Positions 45,063 to 55,555 of a stretch of DNA of 64,000 bases are shown in pieces (the stretch's first letter is position 1; each line of letters begins with the position of its first letter). The notes under the pieces are model-generated. The model worked only from the letters and a program-made list of their open reading frames with translations. It did not search any database and was not told the DNA's origin. The stretch is from Candidatus Aenigmarchaeota archaeon LH_S6 (GTDB lineage Archaea; Aenigmatarchaeota; Aenigmatarchaeia; QMZS01): assembly GCA_023659935.1 (NCBI GenBank), contig JAGXOK010000001.1, positions 9,569-73,568 on the forward strand, read 5' to 3'. The translations under genes and the position numbers were made by a program.

Positions 45063-45755
45063 TCACTTCTTTCTCTTTCCAGTTCTTTTTGGAGCAATAG
45101 AACCTATTTTCTGTCCTGGAGGTGCATTGGCTGAAACTGAAGTGGAGCTTCCTGGTTTTGTTTTACCTCCATAAGGGTGGTCAACAGGATTCATCTTGCT
45201 TCCTGAAGTTCTAGGATAAAGTTTTCCTTTTGATTTCATAAACTTCCATTTAGTTCCTGCCTTTAGAAAAGGTTTTGTATTTCTGGCAAATCCTGCAGGT
45301 TTTCCAACAATTGCCCTACAATTCCCGCTTAGTTTCTTCATCTTTTTTGAAGGAAATATCAGAAAAGAGTATCCTTTTTCATGTGATTTTACAATTGCAA
45401 AAGAGCCTGAAGATTTACAAAATTTTCCACCATCTCTATAAACAGACTCAATAAAATAAACAGAATGCCCCACCGGAGTTCTGGCGAGAGGAAGAATATT
45501 TCCTGTAGAAACTCCTGCATCAGGAGAAATATCTATAATTTGGTCTGTTGCCAAACCAACAGGTGCAGCAATAAAACTTATTATTCCATCCTTAAATCTT
45601 ATTTTTGCAATAGGGGCATTTCTGGCAGATATATGTTTTATATCAACGACTTTTGCTTTTCCTTCTCTTTTAGGTAATTTCAACTCTAATTTACCTTTTG
45701 CTCTATAAGTTGAACTTCCTTTACCCCTTCTCCTAGCAATAATTCTTTTTCCCAT
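45063..45755 (-). CDS. rpl2: ribosomal protein uL2
   Basis: NPVDHPYGG...KPGSS and overall uL2 similarity. 230 aa. Confidence 0.85.
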   Translation of the reverse strand: MGKRIIARRRGKGSSTYRAKGKLELKLPKREGKAKVVDIKHISARNAPIAKIRFKDGIISFIAAPVGLATDQIIDISPDAGVSTGNILPLARTPVGHSVYFIESVYRDGGKFCKSSGSFAIVKSHEKGYSFLIFPSKKMKKLSGNCRAIVGKPAGFARNTKPFLKAGTKWKFMKSKGKLYPRTSGSKMNPVDHPYGGKTKPGSSTSVSANAPPGQKIGSIAPKRTGKRKK

Positions 45756-45878
45756 AAACCTTCTCTTTTATAAATAATTTAAATGCACGTCTTCGGATGG
45801 CACCCATTTGCTTCGCAAATCAGGAAGGCTCGGCTTAAGCGAAAATTATGAAATTAGTAAGAGTTACAAACACAACAA

Positions 45879-46295
45879 TTATGGACAAGTAAGACTATTG
45901 TAATAACTACATTCACCGCCACATGTTCCAGAAGTATTTATACAACAGCAAGGAGAAGTAGAAGTAAATGGAGTTTCTGTGCAATTTCCCTCTCCACATC
46001 TTATTAGATTTATTGGATTTATGTCCCTTACACATCTTCTTTTTGCGGTTATAGCTCCTTTATAATTTGCTAAAAGTCCGGGATATTTATCTACATTTTC
46101 AGAAAAATCCTTGTAACTATATCCATGTCCCTGCCAATCCATACATTCACTGTCCAACTGTGCTTCAGAAGTTACTCCTTTTGCAGTAGGAGTGAATGTC
46201 CCAGAAAAGAATAAAAGTATAGTTATAAGTACCAGAGCACAGATAACAATTACAATAATTGTTTCAATAGACAGAGATACTCCTTTTAGTTTCAT
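45879..46295 (-). CDS. type IV pilin-like protein (class III signal peptide), Cys-rich C-terminal domain
   Basis: MKLKGVSLSIETIIVIVICALVL fits the archaeal prepilin motif KG|xSxIE plus a hydrophobic stretch. The ORF track starts 17 codons earlier at 46346. Confidence 0.45.
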   Translation of the reverse strand: MKLKGVSLSIETIIVIVICALVLITILLFFSGTFTPTAKGVTSEAQLDSECMDWQGHGYSYKDFSENVDKYPGLLANYKGAITAKRRCVRDINPINLIRCGEGNCTETPFTSTSPCCCINTSGTCGGECSYYNSLTCP

Positions 46296-46299
46296 AATA

Positions 46300-46608
46300 T
46301 TATTTAATTTCTTTAAGTTTACCAAACATTTTCTTATAAACTTCAAATTTTTTTAAAGTTAGCAAATGTAATTCAAATTCGTAAGGTAATTTTAATTCTT
46401 TCCTTATTTCTGCGATTATTTCGGCTCTTCTCAAACCTTTTTCTGGAATAGAGGACGAGCAAATTAAAATATCTATATCACTGCAGGCACTGTACTTTTT
46501 TTTAATTACACTACCAAATCCATAGACATGAGTATCACCTAAAATTTTTGTACTTAGTTTTTTTATTTCTTTTGCATAAGTCTCCCAATTTTTGAAAACT
46601 TCATTCAT
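46300..46608 (-). CDS. minimal nucleotidyltransferase (MNT antitoxin-like)
   Basis: GFGSVIKKKYSACSDIDILI matches the GS..x..DxD motif. Confidence 0.6.
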   Translation of the reverse strand: MNEVFKNWETYAKEIKKLSTKILGDTHVYGFGSVIKKKYSACSDIDILICSSSIPEKGLRRAEIIAEIRKELKLPYEFELHLLTLKKFEVYKKMFGKLKEIK

Positions 46609-46979
46609 TCTACTAACCGTATAATTTTCTGAACTACTTCTACAAGTTTTTTTATCTCCGCTATTTCAAACTCTCTGGCAAAATACCTTGATGTTATATA
46701 TGCATCTTCTAATAATGCTAATCCTAAACTTTCATCCTCCAATAATTTTTTTGCTCTTTTATCCAATTCTGCTACCTGTGATAATAGAATCCTCAAAGAA
46801 TGTGTTTTTGGATAATATCCTTTTTTCTCTAACAAAAAAGATTTTAAAAAAAGTTGTGCCGCCTGCTCCAAATTAAAAGCTGCTAAATCAAAAATTTTTT
46901 TATTTGCTAAACTTTCAGCATTTTCAAAAAAATTTCTCGCCTTCTTTTTTAACAAGTTTGTTTCTTCTTTTGAACCCAT
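46605..46979 (-). CDS. HEPN-domain protein, partner of MNT (4-nt overlap)
   Basis: LEQAAQLFLKSFLL...KTHSL...YITSRYFAREF shows the HEPN helical pattern. Confidence 0.55.
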   Translation of the reverse strand: MGSKEETNLLKKKARNFFENAESLANKKIFDLAAFNLEQAAQLFLKSFLLEKKGYYPKTHSLRILLSQVAELDKRAKKLLEDESLGLALLEDAYITSRYFAREFEIAEIKKLVEVVQKIIRLVE

Positions 46980-47007
46980 AACTAAATATTTAAATACTAC
47001 TTAATAA

Positions 47008-47545
47008 ATGAAAGGAATCAGTTTGACTATAAATTCTGTAATTGTAATTACTCTTGCAATACTGGTTCTTGTTTTCTTAGGGTACATGTTCATCACAGGA
47101 ACAAATCCTTTTGTTTCAGTAGGATATGAAAGTGCTCTAAATAATGGTTGTAAAACTTATCTACAAAGTAATCAGTCAGTAGAAAGTATTATGGTTGGGG
47201 ATATAACTAAGGATGGAAACCCGGATAATTTACTTACTGCCTGCAGGTCGTATTACTCAAATGAAAGTATGGAAGCAGAGGGATGTGAGCAGAAATGTAG
47301 AGACAGATTTCCTTTTGGTTCTACTAGTTAAATCTAGTGGTGAGAGCCTTCCTTCATCTTTTGTTGGAATAGGTAAATGCTGTGATAAAGGAAGTGAAGG
47401 TAATACAGAATGCTCAACAGGATTATGGTGTAGAAAAAAAGATTATATTTATAGCAGATGTAGAAAAAGTTGTGCCAAAGGAATTTGTGTAAAACAAAGT
47501 GGAGTATCTTCTTGCCATCCTAAGGAAGAGTGTAATTATAACTGA
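47008..47545 (+). pseudogene. type IV pilin-like protein, apparently split by a frameshift near 47300
   Basis: MKGISLTINSVIVITLAILVLVF is a class III signal peptide. The Cys-rich C-terminal part (GKCCDKGSEGNTEC...CHPKEECNYN) continues in another frame and resembles the C-terminus of 45879-46295. Confidence 0.35.
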
Positions 47546-47647
47546 TTATCAGGTTATTGTAACTCTAACAACAAATGTGAATAAATTCTTTTCTCATAGT
47601 GCTACTCTGATATTTAATAAGGATTTTATAATTTAATAAAAATACTG

Positions 47648-47710
47648 GGTGTAGGGAATTAACCAAATTAATAGGTGGAAGTTAGTAATTTGATAAGGTT
47701 GTTAATAAAC
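47648..47710 (+). repeat. ~63-nt conserved element, copy B
   Basis: See the 39381-39447 entry. Confidence 0.75.
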
Positions 47711-48002
47711 AAAGAGATAGTTCCACCACAGAAAGGCAGAGGTAGAAGCATAAGGTGAAACTACAAAAACCAAATCGGTGGTTCCACATTGTGGAGGCTA
47801 TGGAAATCTAGCGAGAATAAGAGTATTGATTTATCAGAGACTTAAGGAGTTCAATAACTGTCAGATAAACAAATACTTAAAAGCCAATCAGAAAGTAAGA
47901 AGGAACCTTGGATTAACAGAAGTCTCCGAATTCTTTTATTTAGTAAGAAGAAACAACCAAACCGGAATAAATAAAATCTCTTTTTTATCAATTTCTTCTT
48001 TC

Positions 48003-48725
48003 TTAAACAAATCTTTTGTAACAACAATACCTTTTTTTTAACTTAAATTTATCACAGAACTTTAAAAGACTTCTCAAATCATTTTTAGTAATTTGCGACT
48101 TATACTTAACTTCTATTGGAATTAATTTATTTTGTTTCTTAAGGATTATATCTACTTCATCTTTTTGTTGGGTTCTCCAAAAGGAAATTTTTTCAAGATT
48201 ATTTACCATAAGGGACTCCACCAGATGTCCTGAAACTTCTGTGTTTATAACTTCAAAAGGATAATCCAACAAACCCAAAACAATAGAAGGATGAGCAATA
48301 AAGTGTTTCTTGTTTGCTCTCACCTGCTTGGCAACACTCGCAGTGAAATTGTAAACAATTCTTATCAAATATGATTTTTCTAATAAGTTAATATAAAAGG
48401 ATACAAGATTTCTGTTAATTTTTAAAATTCTTGAGATATTTATTATTTCAAATAATTGTGCATTACTATTTACCAAAATTCTAAATAATTCATAGATTAC
48501 TTTTTCGTTAGAATCTGTAATTCTTGCTATATCACTAATTGCTTTTTCAACCACAGATTCTTTTATATATTTATTGATAAATTCCTTATCTTTTATTTCA
48601 AGCAATTCTGGAAAACCTCCTTTTACCAAGTAATCCTCAAATAATTTCTTATACTTTTCTTTCTTTGTTATAAATTTTAATTCATATTCTCTAAATAAAT
48701 TTTTTGCAGATATATCCTCTTTCAA
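48003..48725 (-). pseudogene. 5'-truncated COG1373-type ATPase (AAA_14/DUF4143 family), C-terminal half only
   Basis: It starts inside the family at the conserved GGFPE motif. The Walker A N-terminal half is absent and only 92 bp separate it from gatC. Confidence 0.45.
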
Positions 48726-48817
48726 ACCAAAATATCTTACAAATTCTCTAAAAGTAAAAATTGGAAGATAAAAGGTAAGTATTCTCCCAGCAAGTGTTTC
48801 CTTATATTTTTTTAACT

Positions 48818-49093
48818 CTAAACTTTTGGCCCCTTAAAAAAGTTTTTCTCCCTGTGTTCTGTATTTGAAAATGTATCCTCAACAGAAAATCCTCTCTTCA
48901 CTTTATCCTTTCTTACTACATTTTTCAATTCAACAGGCTGAAAGCATGGTCTTTCTTTAACTTCAATTTTGTCGATTTTATCAAATTGTTTCTTAACCTC
49001 CTGTAAATCTTTTTTAAATTTTTTAATTTCTTCCTCAGTTAATTTTAACCTCGCCAGTTTAGCAATTTCCCTAACTTCAATTTCCTCACTCAT
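48818..49093 (-). CDS. gatC: aspartyl/glutamyl-tRNA amidotransferase subunit C
   Basis: EVREIAKLARLKLTEEE...DL..V...FDKID and a 91-aa length fit the GatC pattern. Confidence 0.55.
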   Translation of the reverse strand: MSEEIEVREIAKLARLKLTEEEIKKFKKDLQEVKKQFDKIDKIEVKERPCFQPVELKNVVRKDKVKRGFSVEDTFSNTEHREKNFFKGPKV

Positions 49094-49116
49094 AAATTTA
49101 GTAGTAAAAGAATATT

Positions 49117-52100
49117 ATGACTGAAGAATATTTTAAAAATCTAAAATTACAAATTGATAAGTTATACTATATTGCTGGGAAAGCTAAGGAGAGTGGGAAA
49201 GATTATGAACTTTTTGTAGAGAGTAAAAGGGCTGCTGACAAAGATAATAGGTGTATTGATATTTTAGCAATAGTTTATCCTCAGTTAGATAAACACAGAG
49301 AAGAGATAATTTCCAGAATATTGGAACTAGAAAAAAAATATAGCATTGGTGGGGATGAGGTTGCTTTGGAGATATCAAAGGAAATAGCCACAGAAAAATT
49401 TTGCAAGTTTGAATCCAAGGAAGAGGCAATTTTAGCTGGTTTGAGATTAGGATGTGCTTATAATACACAGGGAGTTGTTGGAGCCCCAATAGAAGGAATA
49501 ACAGGAGTAAAAATAGACCCAAAAGAGAATTTTCTTTATGTTTATTACGCTGGACCTATCAGGACAGCAGGAGGAACAGCCCAGGTATTTACCTTATTTA
49601 TTGCGGATTATTTGAGAAAAACCCTTGGATTAGAAAGGTATAAGCCAATAAAGGCAGAAATAGAAAGGTATTATACTGAGGTTACGGATTATTTAACTTA
49701 TGTAACAAAAAAGCAGTACAAGCCAAATGAAGAAGAAATTAGTTTTCTTGTTAGAGGAGTACCAATTTGTATCACTGGAGAACCAACAGAGAAAAGAGAG
49801 GTATCAAAGTACAAAGACTTAAAGAGAGCTGAAACAGCAAGAATAAGGGGTGGAATGTGTTTGATTTATTTAGATGGTCTATCCCTAAAAGCAAACAAAC
49901 TACTTAAAAAACTAAAAAGCTATGGAGCTCGGTTTGGTCTAACAGAGACTTGGAACTGGCTTGAAGATTTTATAAAACTGAAGGAGAGTAAAGCAGAGAA
50001 TACAGAAGGCTCTAAAGAATACAAATTCCTTGAAGAGGTTCCCGCAGGCAGGCCAGTATATTCCATGCCAACAATGAAAGGAGGTTTCAGACTGAGGTAT
50101 GGAAGAACTAGAAATACAGGTTCAGGATGCTTTGGTTTCCACCCTGCAACTTTAGAAATACTCGACTCTTTTCCTGCAATAGGCTCACAGATGAAAATTG
50201 AACTTCCAGGAAAAAGTTGTACTGTTGCAGTTTGTGATTACATAGAAGGACCTATTGTTAAACTAAAAAGTAGGAATGTTATTAAAATAGATACAATAAC
50301 AAAGGCAAGAGAAATTAAACAGGAAATTGATAAAATTCTTTTTATTGGAGATATTCTAATTTCTTTTGGAGACTTCTATGAAAACAGTGAAAAATTAATT
50401 AAGAGCCCTTATGTGGAAGAAGAGTGGAAACTTGATTTGGAAGAAAAAATAGAAGAAACTTCAAAATTAATTGGTGAGGAAAGAGTAAAAGAATTAGTAA
50501 AAAACCCAAAAGACATAAATTCCGAGGAAGCAATAAAACTCTCTCAGATTTTGCCTTTACACCCAAAATATCTTTATTTCTATGATAACTTCTCTTCAGA
50601 AGAATTGGCAAGTTTAATAGAATATCTGAATTCTGGAGAGAAAAAAGATAATCAACTAATCCTAAGAAATAGGGAGGAAAAGAAACTACTTGAAAAAGCA
50701 GTTATTCAACACTTTGTTTCACCAGACAAGTTATATATTATTATTGAAGATTTTTTACCTATTCTAAAAACTTTTGAGGGAGTTGATTTGATAGAACTTA
50801 GGAAAAGTGATTTAAGTGGTTTTGCTCTTGTAAATAAATTCTCAAAACTTGAGATTAAAGACAAAGTTACAAGATATATAGGAGCAAGAATGGGAAGACC
50901 GGAGAAAGCACAAGAGAGAAAGATGAAGGGTTCCCCACAGATATTATTTCCTGTGGGTCAGGAGGGTGGTAAGATGAGAAATATGGTTGAAGTTTCCCAG
51001 ATTACAGCAGAAACAAGTGATTTTACCTGTCCTGAGCATAGGAGTTCAATATTTCCTTACTGTCTTAGATGCGGAAAACATCTGAAAAACCCAAAAATTG
51101 TTAAGAAAAAAATAAATGTTACAGGTTTGTTAAATGAGGCTTACAAAAACTTGAATGAGCACAGATTACCTCTAATAAAAGGGGTTAGAGGAACCAGTTC
51201 AAAACACAAGGTCCCAGAGCCAATAGAAAAAGGTATTTTAAGAGCAAAACACAATTTATATGTTTTTAGGGATGGAACAATTAGATATGATATCGTTAAT
51301 GCTCCTTTAACACATTTTAAACCAAAAGAAATTCAGACATCTGTTGAAAAATTAAGGAAATTGGGATATAAAAAAGATATTTATAGGAAGGAATTGGTAA
51401 GTGAAGAGCAAGTATTAGAACTTTTTCCGCAGGATTTTGTAATTTCCAACTATGGTGAAAAGAGTGCAGCTGATTATTTTTTATCTATTACAAAATTTGT
51501 TGATGAAGAACTTAAAAATTTTTATAAAACTAGACCTTTTTACAATGTAAAAAAGAAAGAGGATTTGATAGGACACTTGTTTCTGAATATTGCCCCTCAC
51601 ATAATTTCTCCTGTTGTCTGCAGATTAATTGGATTTACAGCAAACAGGTGTCATTATGCACATCCTTATCTATTTGCTGCAACTAGGAGGGATTGCGATG
51701 GAGAAGAAAATGGTATAATTTTGATGCTTGACTGTCTTCTGAATTTTTCAAAAGAATATTTACCAGCCAAGAAGGGGAGTATATCTGATGCTCCTCTGAC
51801 AATAACAACAATATTAGATTTGGGAGAAGTAGATGATGAAGTTTATGATTTAGATATTGCTTTTAGATACCCAAAAGAATTCTATGAAAAAACAGAAAAA
51901 CAGGTTTATCCATCAGATGTTAAGATAGAGAGGGTTGCTGACAGACTTAATTTAGAAAATAAATATTCTGGTCTTGGATATACAACAGAAACAACAGATT
52001 TCAATACAGGGGTTCATTTGACAAGATATAAGGATGTTACAGATATGGTTGAAAAAGTTATGATCCAATTAAAACTAGCAGAAAAATTGAAATGTGTTGA

Positions 52101-52434
52101 TGAAAAACTTGTCGCTTACAAAATTCTATCAACTCATTTTTTGAAAGACTTAAAAGGAAATTCCAGAACATTCTTTAGACAAACATTTAGATGTATTAAC
52201 TGCAATACAATCTATAGGAGACCTCCCCTATCTGGCAAATGTCTAAAATGTAGTGGTAATCTTGTTTTAACTGTTTCAGAAGGTACAATCTCAAAATATC
52301 TGGAAGCAAGCAAAAAAATTGCAGAGCAATATAATATTCCAGACTATACAAAAGAACAACTAAAACTTTTGGAGAATCAACTGGAAAATGTTTTTGGAAA
52401 GAAGCCAAGGCAGTTTTCTCTGGGTGCTTTTTAA
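49117..52434 (+). CDS. polC: DNA polymerase II (PolD) large subunit DP2, no intein
   Basis: 1105 aa with overall PolD-DP2 similarity. Conserved cysteine clusters near the C-terminus (CINCNT...C..C). A small-subunit gene is not adjacent. Confidence 0.85.
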   Translation: MTEEYFKNLKLQIDKLYYIAGKAKESGKDYELFVESKRAADKDNRCIDILAIVYPQLDKHREEIISRILELEKKYSIGGDEVALEISKEIATEKFCKFESKEEAILAGLRLGCAYNTQGVVGAPIEGITGVKIDPKENFLYVYYAGPIRTAGGTAQVFTLFIADYLRKTLGLERYKPIKAEIERYYTEVTDYLTYVTKKQYKPNEEEISFLVRGVPICITGEPTEKREVSKYKDLKRAETARIRGGMCLIYLDGLSLKANKLLKKLKSYGARFGLTETWNWLEDFIKLKESKAENTEGSKEYKFLEEVPAGRPVYSMPTMKGGFRLRYGRTRNTGSGCFGFHPATLEILDSFPAIGSQMKIELPGKSCTVAVCDYIEGPIVKLKSRNVIKIDTITKAREIKQEIDKILFIGDILISFGDFYENSEKLIKSPYVEEEWKLDLEEKIEETSKLIGEERVKELVKNPKDINSEEAIKLSQILPLHPKYLYFYDNFSSEELASLIEYLNSGEKKDNQLILRNREEKKLLEKAVIQHFVSPDKLYIIIEDFLPILKTFEGVDLIELRKSDLSGFALVNKFSKLEIKDKVTRYIGARMGRPEKAQERKMKGSPQILFPVGQEGGKMRNMVEVSQITAETSDFTCPEHRSSIFPYCLRCGKHLKNPKIVKKKINVTGLLNEAYKNLNEHRLPLIKGVRGTSSKHKVPEPIEKGILRAKHNLYVFRDGTIRYDIVNAPLTHFKPKEIQTSVEKLRKLGYKKDIYRKELVSEEQVLELFPQDFVISNYGEKSAADYFLSITKFVDEELKNFYKTRPFYNVKKKEDLIGHLFLNIAPHIISPVVCRLIGFTANRCHYAHPYLFAATRRDCDGEENGIILMLDCLLNFSKEYLPAKKGSISDAPLTITTILDLGEVDDEVYDLDIAFRYPKEFYEKTEKQVYPSDVKIERVADRLNLENKYSGLGYTTETTDFNTGVHLTRYKDVTDMVEKVMIQLKLAEKLKCVDEKLVAYKILSTHFLKDLKGNSRTFFRQTFRCINCNTIYRRPPLSGKCLKCSGNLVLTVSEGTISKYLEASKKIAEQYNIPDYTKEQLKLLENQLENVFGKKPRQFSLGAF

Positions 52435-52674
52435 TTGCTCTACGGATTAATGAAATAAAACTATTTATTGTTTTCGGTTGTGGAATATATATATTGAATA
52501 CTCAAAATCTTTAAATATTTTATCTATATATAAAAAAAATGAGATACGACGAAGATGAGGAATCTGAAGACGGGGAGGATGAATAAATCTAATTTATAAA
52601 TAGAGAAATATAGTGAAGACCCAAAGATTTTTATTTTTTATTTCGTTGTTTTTTTAAAAGATTTAAAGATATTT

Positions 52675-53037
52675 ATGGTATTTTGGCACTTGAGAAGTAG
52701 GAAAAAGAAAACCGGAGGCATAGCAAAAAAAAATAGGAAAAAAAAGAAGTTTGAGAGGGGAGGTTATTTTATTTCAACAAAAATAGGGAAAAATAAAGTA
52801 AAGGTAAATAGAGTTAGAGGTGGAAATACTAAATTAAAGTTGCTAACTACAGAATTTGTTAATGTTGGAGGGAAAAAATACAAAATTCTCCAGGTTTTGG
52901 AAAACAAGGCAAATTTTTGGTTTGCGCGGGAGAAAACAATCACAAAAGGAGCAATTATTGAGATTGAGAAAGGAAAAGTCAGAGTTACATCAAGACCAGG
53001 ACAGGATGGTTTGGTTAATGGAGTTTTTGTTGAGTAA
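52675..53037 (+). CDS. rps8e: ribosomal protein eS8
   Basis: N-terminal W.LRSRKKKTGG and a basic composition. 120 aa. Confidence 0.65.
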   Translation: MVFWHLRSRKKKTGGIAKKNRKKKKFERGGYFISTKIGKNKVKVNRVRGGNTKLKLLTTEFVNVGGKKYKILQVLENKANFWFAREKTITKGAIIEIEKGKVRVTSRPGQDGLVNGVFVE

Positions 53038-53127
53038 AAGAGTAATATTAAAGAAATTGCAGATATTAGTAAAGAAACTTTCTATATCAATTTCATACAT
53101 CGCATTATATAATATTTTTATATATTT

Positions 53128-54198
53128 ATGAACAAACGAGTTTTATCTTTCCTAGAAAAGAAGTGCCAACAACTTGTCAAAAAATATCCCCTAATTAAGG
53201 CAATTTTTGTTTATGGTTCATCTGTTAGAAAGAAGAAGATAACCAATGATGTTGACTGCGCTATAATTGTTGATGATACCTCTGAGCAGTTTAAGGAATC
53301 AATTCTTGATTATCTGGAGGGGGATATGGGGATTATTTCAAAAGAAGGAGACGAGAAATATAAGGTGGATATGCACTTTCAGTCCCCAAAACCTTTATCT
53401 ATGTGGTGGGATTCACTTAGAAGTGGAGAACCATGGGTAATAACATCTTTAAAAGACGCTTATGTTATCTATGATCCTTCTGATTATATAACTCCATTAA
53501 AATCTTTAATTAATCAGGGAAGAATGACTGGAACTAAAGAGAAGGCTCAGGCTTTGATTGAGAGGGCTCCTTATAGATACAAAGAAGCACAGAGAATGAT
53601 GCTTGATGAAGTAACAGAAGAATTATTATCTGCAATGGTTGAGACAGCACAAGCAGTTTTAATGTTTTTTGGGATTGCACCCCCAGCAGCAAGAGATATT
53701 CCAAAAGAATTAAGAAAAAATTTTGTTAGCCGGGGTCTGTTAAAGGAAAAAGTCGCAGACTGCATTGAGGATTTCTATGAAACAACAAACAAAATAAACC
53801 ACAGAGAAATTACAAAATTAAGCGGAAAAGAGATAAAAAAACTTTTGAACAGAGCAATTCTTTTTATTGACAAGATGGACGATTTGTTTTCCATACTTGA
53901 AGTTGCAAAAAAGAAAGACATTATTGAGAAATCCTATGAGAAAGCAATTAAAGTTTGCAAAAAGGCTCTGAAACTGAAATCGCCCAAATTAGATACAGAA
54001 ACCATGAAAAAATTCAAAAAAGAATTTGTTAATACAGGGATGATTTCAACAGATTATTTAAATCTGCTAAAAAAACTCGAAAAAATGAAAAATCTTGCAG
54101 AAAAAGGAAAACTTGGGAATATCCCAGAAAGAGACATTTATTCCTCAATTATTTACACAAAAAGTTTAGAGGAGATTTTAATGAAAAGGAAGAAATAG
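53128..54198 (+). CDS. Pol-beta-superfamily nucleotidyltransferase with extended helical C-terminal domain
   Basis: FVYGSSVRKK...NDVDCAIIVDD. A paralog is at 55556-56341. Confidence 0.45.
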   Translation: MNKRVLSFLEKKCQQLVKKYPLIKAIFVYGSSVRKKKITNDVDCAIIVDDTSEQFKESILDYLEGDMGIISKEGDEKYKVDMHFQSPKPLSMWWDSLRSGEPWVITSLKDAYVIYDPSDYITPLKSLINQGRMTGTKEKAQALIERAPYRYKEAQRMMLDEVTEELLSAMVETAQAVLMFFGIAPPAARDIPKELRKNFVSRGLLKEKVADCIEDFYETTNKINHREITKLSGKEIKKLLNRAILFIDKMDDLFSILEVAKKKDIIEKSYEKAIKVCKKALKLKSPKLDTETMKKFKKEFVNTGMISTDYLNLLKKLEKMKNLAEKGKLGNIPERDIYSSIIYTKSLEEILMKRKK

Positions 54199-54240
54199 GT
54201 ATTTAAATAGTTTAAATATATATTATGGCAAAAGAACTTG
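54163..54240 (+). repeat. ~78-bp segmental duplication copy 1 (copy 2 at 55130-55207)
   Basis: ttagaggagattttaatgaaaaggaagaaata.gtatttaaatagtttaaatatatattatggca.aagaactt, with a few mismatches. Confidence 0.8.
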
Positions 54241-54578
54241 GAAAAAAACAGGTCTATACTACTGGGGTTGAGCAGGTTCCAAAAACTACGGACTACAGAA
54301 ACGAAAGACTGGTATACAAAGTATATGAAAGTGCAAATAATCTGCTAAGTCGTAGAGGAGGTCCTAAGGGAGAAATAGAAGTTTTTGGGTATAAGAAGTC
54401 TGAAGAATATACCACAGAAGATGGTAAAACTGCTTTCAAAGTTGAACCCATCACTGATGAAAAAGAAAAGGTACGGTTAAGTAGGCGTTTAATACATACC
54501 GTTGCAGATAAGGTAGTAGCATATGGATCAGGAGATAGATGGTACCAGGGTAAGAAAACCAAAGATAACTATACCTAA
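54225..54578 (+). CDS. hypothetical protein
   Basis: ORF. Its start lies inside the duplicated segment. Confidence 0.3.
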   Translation: MAKELGKKQVYTTGVEQVPKTTDYRNERLVYKVYESANNLLSRRGGPKGEIEVFGYKKSEEYTTEDGKTAFKVEPITDEKEKVRLSRRLIHTVADKVVAYGSGDRWYQGKKTKDNYT

Positions 54579-54622
54579 TACTAATTTTTTTTAATTTTTA
54601 ATATATTAAAACAAAATAAATT

Positions 54623-54886
54623 ATGGAGAAACAAATAGAAAAGTCTCTTCACAGAGAATTAAAAGGAATAAACCCAAAAATTTTTGCAGAGTCAAGAATA
54701 ATTGAAGAATCTGTTTTTCATCTTCTAAGAGTCAGAGAAGAATTAGATGATTTTATAGATACTTTAGAAATGTTATCTGATGAAAATTTTAGGAAAAATT
54801 TGGAGGAAGGGTTAAAACAATATAAAAATAAAGAAACCATTCCAACAACCCTAAATAATTTAAGAAAACAATTAAAAGATGAGTAA
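54623..54886 (+). CDS. putative antitoxin of the RelE/ParE module
   Basis: 87-aa acidic protein that overlaps the start of the RelE-like gene by 8 nt. Confidence 0.4.
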   Translation: MEKQIEKSLHRELKGINPKIFAESRIIEESVFHLLRVREELDDFIDTLEMLSDENFRKNLEEGLKQYKNKETIPTTLNNLRKQLKDE

Positions 54887-55134
54887 TTATCAATTAGAAT
54901 ATACAAAACTATTCATAAAGAAGCTAAAAAAGTTTGAATCTAGGATTAGAGACAGAATTTTACAGGCTATTGAAAACATCCTGGATAATCCTTACAATGG
55001 TTCTCAACTAGTTTTTTCCAAAGAAAAACTGTGGAAGTGGAGAATAGGGAATTATTTATAAAATAGATGAGAAAGAACCTAGAGTTGTATTAATCGTTGT
55101 GAACCACAGAAAACGGGTTTATAAAAGATTTTAG
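54879..55134 (+). pseudogene. RelE/ParE-family toxin with a frameshift near 55056
   Basis: One frame reads YQLEYTKLFIKKLKKFESRIRDRILQAIENILDNPYNGSQL...LWKWRIGNYL*. A frame shifted by +1 continues KIDEKEPRVVLIVVNHRKRVYKRF*. Joined, they make a typical ~85-aa RelE. Confidence 0.5.
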
Positions 55135-55207
55135 AGGAGATTTTAATGAAAAGGAAGAAATAAGTATTTAAATAGTTTAAATATATATTATGGCAGAAGA
55201 ACTTAGA
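55130..55207 (+). repeat. ~78-bp segmental duplication copy 2
   Basis: See the 54163-54240 entry. It includes an identical MKRKK*-promoter-MA.EL segment. Confidence 0.8.
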
Positions 55208-55525
55208 AAAAAAAGAGAAAACGTAGCAGAATATCTAACTAAGATGGTAGATTACACAAAGCAAGGTGAGGTAGATAAAGCAGATAGCAACTATCAAAAT
55301 GCAATGTCTCATTTAGACTATAATTCAAAAAAGAAGTTACACAAACTTGAGGATAGTGTAGGCTATAAAAGCGATACGGCTCCTGTAGCTAAAGGAGCTA
55401 GTGAAGTTATAAAATCGTATGCAAACTATATCAACAGAGAAATAAAAGAATTGAAAAAAGAGCAGAAAGAAGCAGAGGCAGCAGAAAAAAAATTCGCGAA
55501 AGTTAGAAAAAAATTAGAAAAATAA
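55190..55525 (+). CDS. hypothetical coiled-coil protein
   Basis: ORF. Its first 8 codons are duplicated from the 54225 gene. Confidence 0.3.
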   Translation: MAEELRKKRENVAEYLTKMVDYTKQGEVDKADSNYQNAMSHLDYNSKKKLHKLEDSVGYKSDTAPVAKGASEVIKSYANYINREIKELKKEQKEAEAAEKKFAKVRKKLEK

Positions 55526-55555
55526 TTTTTTCTTTTTTAATATATAAACACTATT

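Noticed and set aside
52538-52585. 15-codon acidic mini-ORF MRYDEDEESEDGEDE
   Set aside because: It is too short and low-complexity, and is likely chance.
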